NCBI GenBank assembly: GCA_018647945.1
Contig: JABGSE010000034.1
Coordinates: 3,380 to 67,379 of the forward strand
DNA length: 64,000 nt
Direction: 5' to 3'
From: Flavobacteriales bacterium
GTDB lineage: Bacteria > Bacteroidota > Bacteroidia > Flavobacteriales > BACL11
Below the pieces are notes generated by a model that ran no database searches, was not told the origin of the DNA, and worked only from the letters and a program-made list of their open reading frames with translations. Numbering within the stretch: the stretch's first letter is position 1; the number at the start of each line of letters is the position of its first letter. Below, in pieces: positions 9,685-20,999 of the stretch. The position numbers and the translations under genes are program-made.

Positions 9685-11024
9685 ATTCCAGTATAATTAA
9701 AAGGACTAATTTTTCTTAATTCCTCTTTTATTTCTTCTTTAACATCTAATCCGTTAATAAAAGTTGATAAGTTTTCCTTGTTTATAACAGAGTTTGTTCT
9801 GGTTAAATCTTTTAGTGTTTCATATGGATTTGGATAGGATTCTCTTCTCAAAATAGTTTGAATTGCTTCTGCACAAACTGCCCAATTATTATCTAAATCT
9901 TTTCTTATCTTTTCTTCATTCAATACTAATTTTCCTAATCCTTTTTTTAAAGATGCAAATGCAATTAGATTATGAGAAAAAGGAACTCCAATATTTCTTA
10001 ATACAGTACTATCGGTAAGGTCTCTTTGTAATCTGGAAATTGGTAGTTTACCTGACAAAAACTCATAAATAGCATTTGCCATTCCTAAGTTACCTTCTGC
10101 ATTTTCAAAATCAATAGGGTTTACTTTATGTGGCATGGCAGAAGAACCCACTTCTCCTTTTTTAATAGATTGCTTAAAGTAATCCATAGAAACATAAGTC
10201 CAAATATCTCGAGATAAATCAATAAAAATATTGTTGATTCTTTTTATGCAATCCATAAGGGCTGCTAAATTATCATAGTGTTCTATTTGAGTTGTAGTTT
10301 GTTGTCTTTTAAGTCCTAAACTATTTTTTACAAAATTATTTGCAAATTCTTTCCAATTATGATTTGGGTAAGCAACATGATGTGCGTTAAAATTACCTGT
10401 AGCCCCACCAAATTTTGCAGAAAAAGGTATGTTATTTAGTAAGGTAATTTGATTTTCTAATCTCTCTACAAATACAAAAATTTCTTTTCCTAACTTTGTA
10501 GGAGAAGCTGCTTGTCCGTGCGTTCTGGCAAGCATTGGTATCTCTTTCCAATCTTCTGAAAGAGATTTTAACTTATCTAAAACAGTTAAAAGTTCAGGGT
10601 AAAAAACCTCTGTAAAAGCATCTTTTATTGAAAGTGGAACAGATGTATTATTGATATCCTGAGAGGTAAGTCCGAAATGAATAAATTCCTTAAATTCGGA
10701 AAGTTCCAAATTGTCAAATACTTCTTTTATTAAGTATTCTACCGCTTTTACATCATGATTTGTTATGCTTTCTATTTCTTTAATTCTTTCTGCAGATGAG
10801 ATGGAAAAGTTCTTATATAGATTTCTTAAATCATCAAATTTTTCTGAAGGAAATCCTTTAAGTTGATCCAATGGAAGTTCACATAAACTGATAAAATATT
10901 CTATTTCAACTTGTATTCGGTATTTTATTAATGCCGATTCAGAAAAATATTTTTGTAAGCTTTCAGTTTTAGAAGTGTACCTTCCGTCAATTGGTGATAT
11001 TGCAGTTAAAGGACTTAATGTCAT
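9681..11024 (-). CDS. purB: Adenylosuccinate lyase
   Basis: 447 aa with the fumarate-lyase signature GSSAMPHKVNP. Confidence 0.95.
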   Translation of the reverse strand: MTLSPLTAISPIDGRYTSKTESLQKYFSESALIKYRIQVEIEYFISLCELPLDQLKGFPSEKFDDLRNLYKNFSISSAERIKEIESITNHDVKAVEYLIKEVFDNLELSEFKEFIHFGLTSQDINNTSVPLSIKDAFTEVFYPELLTVLDKLKSLSEDWKEIPMLARTHGQAASPTKLGKEIFVFVERLENQITLLNNIPFSAKFGGATGNFNAHHVAYPNHNWKEFANNFVKNSLGLKRQQTTTQIEHYDNLAALMDCIKRINNIFIDLSRDIWTYVSMDYFKQSIKKGEVGSSAMPHKVNPIDFENAEGNLGMANAIYEFLSGKLPISRLQRDLTDSTVLRNIGVPFSHNLIAFASLKKGLGKLVLNEEKIRKDLDNNWAVCAEAIQTILRRESYPNPYETLKDLTRTNSVINKENLSTFINGLDVKEEIKEELRKISPFNYTGI

Positions 11025-11046
11025 TTTAATAATTTTAAATTTGATG

Positions 11047-11054
11047 CAAAATTA
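11047..11054 (-). promoter_or_regulatory. -7 box TAATTTTG upstream of purB
   Basis: Exact TAnnTTTG on the minus strand, 22 nt before ATG 11024. Confidence 0.45.
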
Positions 11055-11104
11055 CGAAATTTGAATAAGAAGCTACTTATTATATGATATTATAACTTAT
11101 TTAC

Positions 11105-11112
11105 TACTTTTG
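11105..11112 (+). promoter_or_regulatory. -7 box TACTTTTG, 4 nt before the DUF456-like gene ATG
   Basis: Exact TAnnTTTG. Spacer ATGT, then ATG at 11117. Confidence 0.5.
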
Positions 11113-11116
11113 ATGT

Positions 11117-11896
11117 ATGGATATTTTAATTATATGTGTGGTTGCTTTTATTCTTCTTTTAGGAATTATCGGTTGTTTTGTTCCGATAGTGCCTGGACCA
11201 CCAATTTCGTATGGAGCTTTGCTTGTATTTCATTTTTTTAGCTCCTATTCCATTGACGAAAATACTTTGTGGCTGATGGCTTTTGTAGTTATATCTGTTA
11301 CTGTTTTCGATTTGTGGGCGCAAATTTATGGAGTTAAAAAATTTGGAGGAACAAAAAAGGCTGTTAATGGTTCTATAATTGGTTTAATTATTGGGATTTT
11401 CTTTTTACCACCTTTTGGGATAATTATCGGTCCGTTTTTAGGAGCTTTTATTGGAGCCATGGCATCTCTAAATAAGAAACAAGAAACAATGAAGCAAAAT
11501 AGTTTAACTCCTGAGAAATCAGTTGAAATTAAAGAACAAGTTATAATAGAAAAACCCGTTAGAAAAAGCAGATTGATAAAAACAAAATTACAAGCTAGAA
11601 TATTATCTATTGTTATATTCTTTGTATTTATATTTATTCTTGCTGTTATTTTTAGCTCTGGTGGTGAAGAAATCCCATATCTATGGGGAGCTGGATCTCT
11701 AATGTTTACTATTTACATATATAGAACGTTTTTAAAGCCTGAAGATGAGGAAGCGAAAGAAAATTCGGATGTAAATAAAGCACTGAAAATTGCACTGGGA
11801 GCATTGGCTGGTTTTATGGTTGGTACAATGTTGAAACTATCCGTTAGTTTATATATTATATATATTATTTTCCAAACAATTCCTTCTTTATGGTAA
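11117..11896 (+). CDS. DUF456-like membrane protein with internal insertion
   Basis: N-terminal part (GCFVPIVPGPPISYG...GLIIGIFFLPPFGIIIGPFLGAFIGA) resembles DUF456. A central charged segment plus extra TM helices follow, before the C-terminal helix. Confidence 0.6.
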   Translation: MDILIICVVAFILLLGIIGCFVPIVPGPPISYGALLVFHFFSSYSIDENTLWLMAFVVISVTVFDLWAQIYGVKKFGGTKKAVNGSIIGLIIGIFFLPPFGIIIGPFLGAFIGAMASLNKKQETMKQNSLTPEKSVEIKEQVIIEKPVRKSRLIKTKLQARILSIVIFFVFIFILAVIFSSGGEEIPYLWGAGSLMFTIYIYRTFLKPEDEEAKENSDVNKALKIALGALAGFMVGTMLKLSVSLYIIYIIFQTIPSLW

Positions 11897-12648
11897 AGTA
11901 CAAAGTGTCAGCTGTTTCTTACTTAAATACTATTCCGTTTATCTATGGAATTAATCAATCAAATTTAAAAGATAAAATAGATTTGAGTTTGGATTACCCT
12001 TCTGTTTGTGCACAAAAACTAATTGAAAACAAAGTAGACATTGCATTGGTTCCAATTGTAGTTTTAAAGGAGAACCCACAGTTTAATATTATTTCGGAAT
12101 ATTGCATTGGAGCTAAGGGAAAAGTAGATACAGTTTGCTTGTATTCTGATGTTCCTTTAATGGAAATACAGGAAATATATTTGGATTACCAATCCCGAAC
12201 TTCTGTAGATCTTTTGCAACTATTATGCAGAGAGCATTGGAATATTTCTCCTAAGTTTAGAACTTCTTCTGTAGGATTTGAAAAAAAAATTGAAAAAAAA
12301 ACTGCTGCATTAATAATAGGAGATAGGGCCTTTTCTGCAAAAGGAAAATATAGTTTTGAGTATGACCTTTCTGAATGTTGGAAAGAAATGACGGGACTTC
12401 CTTTTGTGTTTGCTTGTTGGATTTCAAACAAAAAAATTGAAGAAGATTTTATTTCAGAGTTTAATGAATCTTTAAAAATGGGAATCAAAAATTTGGAGGA
12501 AGCTATTAAAAAAGAATCTGAAAATTACCATCATTGCAAAAACCCAAAAGAGTATTTAAATCATAAAATTTCCTACACTTTAGATGAAGATAAAAGAAAA
12601 GGAATGGAATTATTTTTAAGTAAGATTAGAGGCTTTACTTTGCGTTAG
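11890..12648 (+). CDS. mqnA: Chorismate dehydratase (futalosine-pathway menaquinone biosynthesis)
   Basis: 252 aa with the N-terminal VSAVSYLNTIPFIYG pattern and periplasmic-binding-protein-like layout typical of MqnA. Confidence 0.7.
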   Translation: MVKYKVSAVSYLNTIPFIYGINQSNLKDKIDLSLDYPSVCAQKLIENKVDIALVPIVVLKENPQFNIISEYCIGAKGKVDTVCLYSDVPLMEIQEIYLDYQSRTSVDLLQLLCREHWNISPKFRTSSVGFEKKIEKKTAALIIGDRAFSAKGKYSFEYDLSECWKEMTGLPFVFACWISNKKIEEDFISEFNESLKMGIKNLEEAIKKESENYHHCKNPKEYLNHKISYTLDEDKRKGMELFLSKIRGFTLR

Positions 12649-12739
12649 ATTTTTTTAATCTCTTTTCTGCTTTCTTCTCTTTTGCAGTTTTAGTTGCCAC
12701 TTTTTTTACGTTTTTCTTTGAGTCTTTTCCTTTTCCCAT
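12635..12739 (-). CDS. Possible 34-aa lysine-rich miniprotein (MGKGKDSKKNVKKVATKTAKEKKAEKRLKKSNAK)
   Basis: ATG-to-TAA ORF read by hand from the reverse strand; it is below the ORF-track cutoff. It lies downstream of, and on the same strand as, the pyrG-yidC-lipoprotein gene string. No independent support. Confidence 0.25.
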   Translation of the reverse strand: MGKGKDSKKNVKKVATKTAKEKKAEKRLKKSNAK

Positions 12740-12804
12740 AATATTATGTGTTTATTGTTTTGTGATTTGTAAGAATACATTTTTTTTTTGATATTATAAG
12801 GATT

Positions 12805-13251
12805 TCACTCTTTTATTGCCTTTTGAGACAATTTATCAATCAAGTTTTCTAAATTTTTTAGCGTTTTTGGAGCTCCAATATAATCTATAATTCTTTTCTC
12901 TTTAATTTGTATAAAGGTAGTAGGTAAATCACTAATGGGTTCACTATACTCATTTTTCATATTCGAAAAACCAATCTCTTTAGCTGTCGATAAAATTAAG
13001 TTTAATTCAGTTTCAGATAAATTGAATATTGTAAGGCCAATATGCTCTACAAAGCGAGTTCCGGTATAGATACCACTACCATCACTATAAATTTCAATTT
13101 TATAAATTGGGCATGTACCATAACAAGCTCCTCTTTGTAAAGAAATGATTAAATCTTTTGATTCAGATAATGTAGAAATATTTACATTCTTTTTAAATGT
13201 TCCGCATGAGGAAAGAGAAAATAACAATACTATAAATAGTAGTTGCTTCAT
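12805..13251 (-). CDS. Lipoprotein (DUF6438-like)
   Basis: Lipobox LSSC. The GACYGTCPIYKIEIYSDGSGIYTG pattern resembles DUF6438. Its start overlaps the yidC stop by 1 nt. Confidence 0.6.
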   Translation of the reverse strand: MKQLLFIVLLFSLSSCGTFKKNVNISTLSESKDLIISLQRGACYGTCPIYKIEIYSDGSGIYTGTRFVEHIGLTIFNLSETELNLILSTAKEIGFSNMKNEYSEPISDLPTTFIQIKEKRIIDYIGAPKTLKNLENLIDKLSQKAIKE

Positions 13252-15029
13252 TATTTCTTCTTTCTGTTTTTAAGTTGTTGTTCTTGCTTTCTTTGCATTT
13301 CCTCTAACTTCTTTTGGAACTTAGATTTTTTCTTAGCTGGTTTCTTTTTATTTTCCTCTATTTGAGCAAGTAAAGCATTGTCATCTACAAATCTTCTCAT
13401 AAAATACATTTGACTAAATGTAAATACATTGGCAAGGAAGTAGTAATATGAAAGTGCTGCCGCATAATTATTGAAAAATCCTAAGAACATAATTGGCATC
13501 AAATACATCATCCACTTCATCCCTGGCATTTGAGTACTTGTCATCTGACTATTCATATGCGTATAAATAAGTGTGGAAACAGTCATCAATAAAGTAAACA
13601 AACTAATATGATCTCCATACATTGGTATGTTAAATCCTAAATCATAAATAGAGTCATAAGAAGATAGATCATCTGCCCAAAGGAAACTTTTTTGTCTTAA
13701 TTCGATAGAGGCAGGGAAAAATCTAAACATTGCAATAAGTATAGGAAACTGAACCAACATTGGCAAACATCCTCCCATTGGATTTACTCCAGCTTTACGG
13801 TAAAGACTCATTGTTTCCTTCTGTGCTTTCATTGGATCTTTCTCTTTGTGTTTCTCAGTTATCTTGTCAATTTCAGGTTTTAAAACCTTCATCTTTGCTT
13901 GTGATAAATACGATTTATATGTTAATGGAGAAAGAGTAAGTTTTATAATAAGAGTAAGTATTAGGATGATTAATCCATAGTTTTTTATTCCAGCAGAGTT
14001 TCTTAAAAAGTCAAAAATATTGATGACAATTACTCTGTTTACCCATCCAAAAATACCCCATCCTAAAGGGATTATTTCTTCATAAGATTTATTGTATTCT
14101 TTTAGTTTTTTGTAATCATTTGGACCAAAATAGATTTCATAATTAAATTCATTTTCTTTGTCATCTAATCTGGTTTCCAAGCTAAGGGTTTTAATGTATT
14201 TGTCTTCATTTTTCGAAACCTGAAAAGATGATCCACTTTTAAAATTATTAGAAGAAGAAATAATTGTGCTGAAGAATTGTTGTTTAAATGCAATCCAAGA
14301 AAGGTCCACATCTATTTTTTCTTTTTCATCATTATCCCAAACATAATCTACATCTTTGGAATAACTTTCTTGAAAATAAAATCCTGTGTACTGTTCCTGA
14401 TTTGTTTTAGATTTTTCAGTTTGTGGAGCGGCAATTTTCCATTCCATCCAAATTTCATTGTCTCTTGTTGCTATATTGTCGAAACCTTCAGTTTTTATAC
14501 TGAAGTCTACTAAATATTGATCCTCTTTTAAGGAGTAGTTGTATTCAATAAATGTGTTCTCATTTATTGTATGTCGTAAAGTAATAGTATTTTCACTCTT
14601 ACTTTGTATTGAGAAGTCTTCATTTTCAGTATTAACTCCTCCTCCATAAATATTAAACTTTGAGTCTTCAGAATCAAAAAGTTCTAATGGTCTCCCATCA
14701 AAAGTTTTGTATTTTTTTAACTCCACAGATTTAATCTCTCCACCTTTACTACTTAAAACTAATTTGATAGAATCATTTTCTAAAATAAATTCTTGTTCGT
14801 CAGTTTTCTCAGTAATAATAGGATTACTTATTTGTTCAGGAGAAGTATTGTTGTTTGCCTCTTCAGTGTTTTTTCCTATATTTTCATCAGAGTTTTTAAT
14901 TTCAGTTTCTGTCTCTTGCACTGCTTCTTGCGGAGCTGTCTCGAAAAAGAAAGTATTAAAAATAATTAAAATAGCTCCCATTAATAGCAATCCTATTAAA
15001 GAACTTTTATCATTTTTTTTTATCATCAT
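13251..15029 (-). CDS. yidC: Membrane protein insertase YidC
   Basis: 592 aa with an N-terminal anchor, a large periplasmic domain and the conserved core GCLPMLVQFPILIAMF. The tail is basic. Confidence 0.9.
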   Translation of the reverse strand: MMIKKNDKSSLIGLLLMGAILIIFNTFFFETAPQEAVQETETEIKNSDENIGKNTEEANNNTSPEQISNPIITEKTDEQEFILENDSIKLVLSSKGGEIKSVELKKYKTFDGRPLELFDSEDSKFNIYGGGVNTENEDFSIQSKSENTITLRHTINENTFIEYNYSLKEDQYLVDFSIKTEGFDNIATRDNEIWMEWKIAAPQTEKSKTNQEQYTGFYFQESYSKDVDYVWDNDEKEKIDVDLSWIAFKQQFFSTIISSSNNFKSGSSFQVSKNEDKYIKTLSLETRLDDKENEFNYEIYFGPNDYKKLKEYNKSYEEIIPLGWGIFGWVNRVIVINIFDFLRNSAGIKNYGLIILILTLIIKLTLSPLTYKSYLSQAKMKVLKPEIDKITEKHKEKDPMKAQKETMSLYRKAGVNPMGGCLPMLVQFPILIAMFRFFPASIELRQKSFLWADDLSSYDSIYDLGFNIPMYGDHISLFTLLMTVSTLIYTHMNSQMTSTQMPGMKWMMYLMPIMFLGFFNNYAAALSYYYFLANVFTFSQMYFMRRFVDDNALLAQIEENKKKPAKKKSKFQKKLEEMQRKQEQQLKNRKKK

Positions 15030-15031
15030 TC

Positions 15032-16714
<1,683 letters not shown>

Positions 16715-16744
16715 TTAAAGAAAAAAAATATAATTGATGATTAG

Positions 16745-19000
16745 TTAAAATCGTAAACTGGCTCCAAAACTAGGGAGAATCGGTAATTGATTTACTCTTT
16801 CATATTCTATTCTGTTAAAATAGAAAATATTTTCTCTGTTGTAAGCATTTGTTACTGAAGCTGTCATTTCTAAAATAGCAGTTTTGGAGAGTTTCATTAT
16901 TTTGGTTAAGGAAAAATCTAACCTATGATAATAAGGTAATCTCCCTTGGTTTAAATCAGCATACTCTACTCCTAAAGTTCCATTTGTAGATGTGTAATCG
17001 GTATTTATTCCGTCAGAAAAAGTTAGGTTTTCATAAAATCCTTGTGTTTGTGTAAAAGGAAACCCAGATCCTAAATTCCAACGAGCATCAACTTTCCATC
17101 CTTTGTTTTTTCCAAATTTGTAACTTGAAACAAAATTCATGTTGTGCCTTCTGTCAAAGTGAGGGAAATATTCTTTTCCTCCTTCATATCTTTTTATCAT
17201 TCCTAAAGAGTAAACTGCCCATACATATAATTTTTTCCCTTTGTATTTCAATAAGATATCTACTCCTTTTGCGAGTCCAGTTTCTACAATAAAATCGTTA
17301 TCATAATTGCTTGTCATTTCTCTGTTTATATTTGTAAGTTGGGTAAAATCTTTTACATATCCTTCTACTTGAAAATCGATTTTTAAATTGATATCATATT
17401 CCAATCCTACAATTAAATGTCGTGCTTTCTGAATTTGATTTTTATAATGATTTCCATTTTCATCAGTTGGTAAATCCTCAGGACTTGTAATAAATCCATA
17501 AAATAAATTTACCACATCTCTGTCCGAAACAGTGCTAAGTATATTTTGAGAGTAATATCCGGAAGCTACTTTAAATCGTAATACATCAGTGGCAATGTAT
17601 TTTATTCCTAACCTTGGTTCTGGTGAAGTTCCTAAAGTATATTTCTGAATTCTGAATCCCGGTTCAAAAATAAATCGATTGGCTTTGTACTGATAGTTTA
17701 TATAAGCAGAAAATTCGGAAGTATTCTGATCTTCTTCTATTTTAGCATTTACTGAATTAAATATTGAGAACTTTGTTTTAAAAGCATAAACATCAAATCC
17801 GTATTTTATTTTTCCTTGTGGCTGAAAGTATGTGAAATCAAATCCCATACTTCCTCCAGAAATTGAACTTTCTCTGAAATTAGAATTGTCCTCATCTAAG
17901 GAAATATAATATCTGGAATAAGCAAAATTTCCTTCAATTACTATAGGAGAGTTTCCTGGAATTAATAAAAATTCGGAACCAATACCTTCAGAACTCCATT
18001 GTAAATCTGAAATACCTTGGTAGTTAACATGATCTTGATAATTGAATCCAAATACATTTGCTTTTGATCCGTTGTTAGCATTAAATGTTAATTTTCCGTA
18101 CAAATCAGTATAAGAGTAAGGCATTCCTTTTTTGTCGAAAAACAGAACAGGATATTTGTAAAATAATTCCGAACTTTTATCTAGATAAGAAGTTTTACCA
18201 GAAAAAATAAATGTGATAGCTCCATCTTTTTTTAGTGGTCCTTCCAACATAAGTTTGGATCCAAAAGTAGTTCCTGATATTTTACCTTGTACTCTTTTTT
18301 TGTTTCCATCTTTTGTTTTTATATCCATAATAGAAGAAATTCTTCCTCCATATTCTGCAGAAAACCCTCCCGTATATACATCAGTATTTTTAATTAAGTC
18401 GGCATCAAAAACAGAAAAAAGACCAATAGAATGAAAAGGACTGTAAATTGTCATTCCATCCATTAAAACTTTATTTTGAACAGGAGATCCTCCTCTAATG
18501 TACAACTGTCCTCCTTGGTCTCCAGTAAAAATAACTCCCGGAACAATTTGCATGTATTGAGCTAAATCTGCTTCTCCACCAATTGTAGGAACTAGTTTTA
18601 GGTCTGCATTTGTAATTTTTATGGAAGCTGCTTTCACATCAGTTTTTAGCTCTTGTCTTTGAGCTGATATTTCTATTTCATCAATCTTAATGCTAGATTC
18701 TGCAAGTTCAAGTTTAATATTTAAAATTTTACCTGCTTTGAGGGTTATTTTTTTTTCTAATTTTTGGTAACCTATAAAAGTTACAGAAATTGTGTATTCT
18801 CCAACTGGGATTTGGGAAAGGTTGTACATTCCGTTTATGTCGGTTTGAGATCCGTAAGTGGTTCCATTCAGAGTGACATTACAAAACATTACTGGTTCCC
18901 CAGATTCTTTTTCGTAAACAAATCCTCTTATTGTACCTTTTTGAGCGATAACATTTAGGCTAAAACAAATACCTAATAAAATAAAAATTAATTTTCTCAT
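16745..19000 (-). CDS. TonB-dependent receptor with CarboxypepD_reg-like N-terminal domain
   Basis: Signal peptide, then GTIRGFVYEKESGEPV...GYQ beta-sandwich, a plug region and a long beta-barrel ending in a terminal aromatic residue (LRF). Confidence 0.85.
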   Translation of the reverse strand: MRKLIFILLGICFSLNVIAQKGTIRGFVYEKESGEPVMFCNVTLNGTTYGSQTDINGMYNLSQIPVGEYTISVTFIGYQKLEKKITLKAGKILNIKLELAESSIKIDEIEISAQRQELKTDVKAASIKITNADLKLVPTIGGEADLAQYMQIVPGVIFTGDQGGQLYIRGGSPVQNKVLMDGMTIYSPFHSIGLFSVFDADLIKNTDVYTGGFSAEYGGRISSIMDIKTKDGNKKRVQGKISGTTFGSKLMLEGPLKKDGAITFIFSGKTSYLDKSSELFYKYPVLFFDKKGMPYSYTDLYGKLTFNANNGSKANVFGFNYQDHVNYQGISDLQWSSEGIGSEFLLIPGNSPIVIEGNFAYSRYYISLDEDNSNFRESSISGGSMGFDFTYFQPQGKIKYGFDVYAFKTKFSIFNSVNAKIEEDQNTSEFSAYINYQYKANRFIFEPGFRIQKYTLGTSPEPRLGIKYIATDVLRFKVASGYYSQNILSTVSDRDVVNLFYGFITSPEDLPTDENGNHYKNQIQKARHLIVGLEYDINLKIDFQVEGYVKDFTQLTNINREMTSNYDNDFIVETGLAKGVDILLKYKGKKLYVWAVYSLGMIKRYEGGKEYFPHFDRRHNMNFVSSYKFGKNKGWKVDARWNLGSGFPFTQTQGFYENLTFSDGINTDYTSTNGTLGVEYADLNQGRLPYYHRLDFSLTKIMKLSKTAILEMTASVTNAYNRENIFYFNRIEYERVNQLPILPSFGASLRF

Positions 19001-19019
19001 TCTTAAATTTTGTGGGCGG

Positions 19020-19027
19020 CAAATATA
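19020..19027 (-). promoter_or_regulatory. -7 box TATATTTG upstream of the TonB-dependent receptor gene
   Basis: Exact TAnnTTTG on the minus strand, 19 nt before ATG 19000. Confidence 0.45.
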
Positions 19028-19068
19028 ACTAAATATGTATGCGAATTATTGTTGTAAGGAGCAAATAA

Positions 19069-20067
19069 TTAGTGGAGTATCTTAAATGTAAGTTCTCTTA
19101 AAAGTTCGTTTTCTGGCACTGAAGGATTTTGAATTCCTTTGCTCTTTAAATCGTATTCTTTCAAATAGCTGAAAATGGTAAATAGATTACTCATGGAATA
19201 GTTGCTAGCAGCAAGTTGATATTGTCCTAAAAAATAGGGGTTTACTCCTAGTTGAGAAGCTGCGTTATTTTTACTTTTGTCTTTCAGGCTATGGTAAATC
19301 ATTACTTTTTGGAAGTAAGAAAACAAAGAAGAAAGAGTTAGTACAAAAGGGTGGTTTTTTGGATTTTCCGAAAAGTGTTTTATTATTTTATTCGATTTTA
19401 AGATGTCTTTTTTCCCAATTGCAGTTTGTAATTCAAAAACATTAAAGTCCTTACTTATGCCTATATTTTCCTCTATTATTTTTGCTGTAATTGTTTCACC
19501 TTCCTTTATATTCAGAATCAATTTTCCTAATTCGTTACTTATTTTGGAAAGGTCATTTCCCAAATATTCGCTTAGTAAATGAGCGGATTTCTCGTCAATA
19601 TTAAAGTTCTTTTCTTTCAATTGTCCTTTAATCCATGCAGGAATTTGATTTTCGTACAATTTTTTACTTGCAAATAAAACAGATTTTTTGGATAAATTTT
19701 TCCCAAATGACTTTCGTTTGTCTATCTTTTTGTATTTGTAGCAAATCACCAAAATAGTAGAAGGAAGAGGATTGTCAAAATACAATTCCAATTGGTCGAT
19801 TGACCGAATGTCTTGCGCTTCTTTTACAATTACTACTCTGTGCGCAGATCCAAAAGGAAATTGTTTTGCTTCCGAAATAATAGTAGCTACATCAATATCT
19901 TTTCCGTAAAGTGTAGTTTGATTAAATTCTTTTTCTTCTTCAGAAAGTACATTTTTACTGATGTAATCAGAAATTTTATCAATATAAAAAGTTTCCTCTC
20001 CCATTAAAAAATAGACCGGTTGAAAAACTTTATTGTCTATTTGTATTATGATATCCTGATATTTCAT
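19069..20067 (-). CDS. holA: DNA polymerase III subunit delta
   Basis: 332 aa. The N-terminal VYFLMGEETFYIDKISDYI pattern and overall layout are typical of HolA. Confidence 0.75.
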   Translation of the reverse strand: MKYQDIIIQIDNKVFQPVYFLMGEETFYIDKISDYISKNVLSEEEKEFNQTTLYGKDIDVATIISEAKQFPFGSAHRVVIVKEAQDIRSIDQLELYFDNPLPSTILVICYKYKKIDKRKSFGKNLSKKSVLFASKKLYENQIPAWIKGQLKEKNFNIDEKSAHLLSEYLGNDLSKISNELGKLILNIKEGETITAKIIEENIGISKDFNVFELQTAIGKKDILKSNKIIKHFSENPKNHPFVLTLSSLFSYFQKVMIYHSLKDKSKNNAASQLGVNPYFLGQYQLAASNYSMSNLFTIFSYLKEYDLKSKGIQNPSVPENELLRELTFKILH

Positions 20068-20079
20068 TTAATTTGAAGT

Positions 20080-20529
20080 GTGAAAAAATTACCAATTTTA
20101 AATCTGCCAATTTACAAACTCAAATTGAAAACGGTGGAAGAAAAAACACATATTTTTGATATAGTTAGAAAAAAATATTTACTACTAACTCCTGAAGAAT
20201 GGGTAAGGCAAAATTTTATTCATTACTTAAATAAAGAAAAGAAGTACCCATTTGGATTGATGGGGGTGGAACAAATGGTAAAGTACAATTCTTTAAAAAC
20301 TAGAGCGGATATTGTGTTATATAATACAGAGGGGAACGCAAGTATTATTGTAGAATGTAAGGCTCCTGAAGTGAAAATTACACAAGATACTTTTTATCAA
20401 ATTGCAAAATATAATTCAAAATTAAAAGTGCAATATCTTATTGTAACAAATGGAATGAAACATTATTGTTGCAAAATGGATTACGAAACTAATGAGATTA
20501 CTTTTTTAGAGGACGTTCCTGCTTATTAG
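20080..20529 (+). CDS. HsdR-N-terminal-like (PD-(D/E)xK-type) domain protein
   Basis: GTG start, 149 aa. Has the LTPEEWVRQNFIHYL and ADIVLY...IVECK patterns typical of stand-alone type I restriction enzyme R N-terminal domain proteins. Confidence 0.7.
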   Translation: MKKLPILNLPIYKLKLKTVEEKTHIFDIVRKKYLLLTPEEWVRQNFIHYLNKEKKYPFGLMGVEQMVKYNSLKTRADIVLYNTEGNASIIVECKAPEVKITQDTFYQIAKYNSKLKVQYLIVTNGMKHYCCKMDYETNEITFLEDVPAY

Positions 20530-20677
20530 AATTTCTATTTTGCATAGCTACACCAAATACTAAACCAAGACATATTCCTAGTCCTATATTATCGAAAGCC
20601 GCACCAAATGCTACTCCAAAACACAAACCTATTCCAATATAATCGGATTCTTTTTCAGATTTTTTTTCTTCTATCAT
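20498..20677 (-). CDS. 59-aa glycine-zipper membrane miniprotein (paralog of 20996..21229)
   Basis: Hand-translated: MIEEKKSEKESDYIGIGLCFGVAFGAAFDNIGLGICLGLVFGVAMQNRNSNKQERPLKK, one residue below the ORF-track cutoff. It shares the core GIGxxFGVxxxAxFDNxGLGIxLGxxFG with the 77-aa neighbour. Its start overlaps the upstream gene end by 23 nt. Confidence 0.5.
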   Translation of the reverse strand: MIEEKKSEKESDYIGIGLCFGVAFGAAFDNIGLGICLGLVFGVAMQNRNSNKQERPLKK

Positions 20678-20999
20678 TTAAATGAAAATATATAAATAAA
20701 ACACCTAATAGTGTAATAAATGAAGTAAAAGCAAAGGTAGTCCACCAAAAATTTGGTCCGCTAAAGTTAAATAACCAAGTAATAAACAAACCAAATATTG
20801 TTAAGATTATGCCTCCCAATAATTCTTTCTTCCACACCAAATAATTCAGTCCAAATAGTAGAAGCCAAGGTAAAGCATTGGGTGAGTTTTTTACAATCCC
20901 CATAAATCCTCCACCATATCCTTCAGATCCAGATAGTAATGCAAAAATAAAAACTATTATTGTTATTAATAAAAGAAGTATTTGAGCAATGATTCTCAT
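20655..20999 (-). CDS. Integral membrane protein, function unknown
   Basis: 114 aa with about 4 hydrophobic helices. Overlaps both neighbours in an operon-like string. Confidence 0.6.
   Translation of the reverse strand: MRIIAQILLLLITIIVFIFALLSGSEGYGGGFMGIVKNSPNALPWLLLFGLNYLVWKKELLGGIILTIFGLFITWLFNFSGPNFWWTTFAFTSFITLLGVLFIYFHLNDRRKKI

Noticed and set aside
12281-12301. Two A9 tracts in mqnA (GAAAAAAAAATTGAAAAAAAAACT) as possible slippage or phase-variation sites
   Set aside because: They simply encode EKKIEKK in a non-boundary position with no functional rationale for truncation. I kept them only as a control, showing that long A-runs occur by composition in this genome. This tempers the dnaX finding.
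20080-20529. HsdR N-terminal-like domain protein as a possible restriction-modification or defence locus
   Set aside because: It is a stand-alone 149-aa domain. No HsdM, HsdS, helicase or nuclease partner occurs in the window, and it sits next to holA among housekeeping genes. It is not evidence of a defence system.
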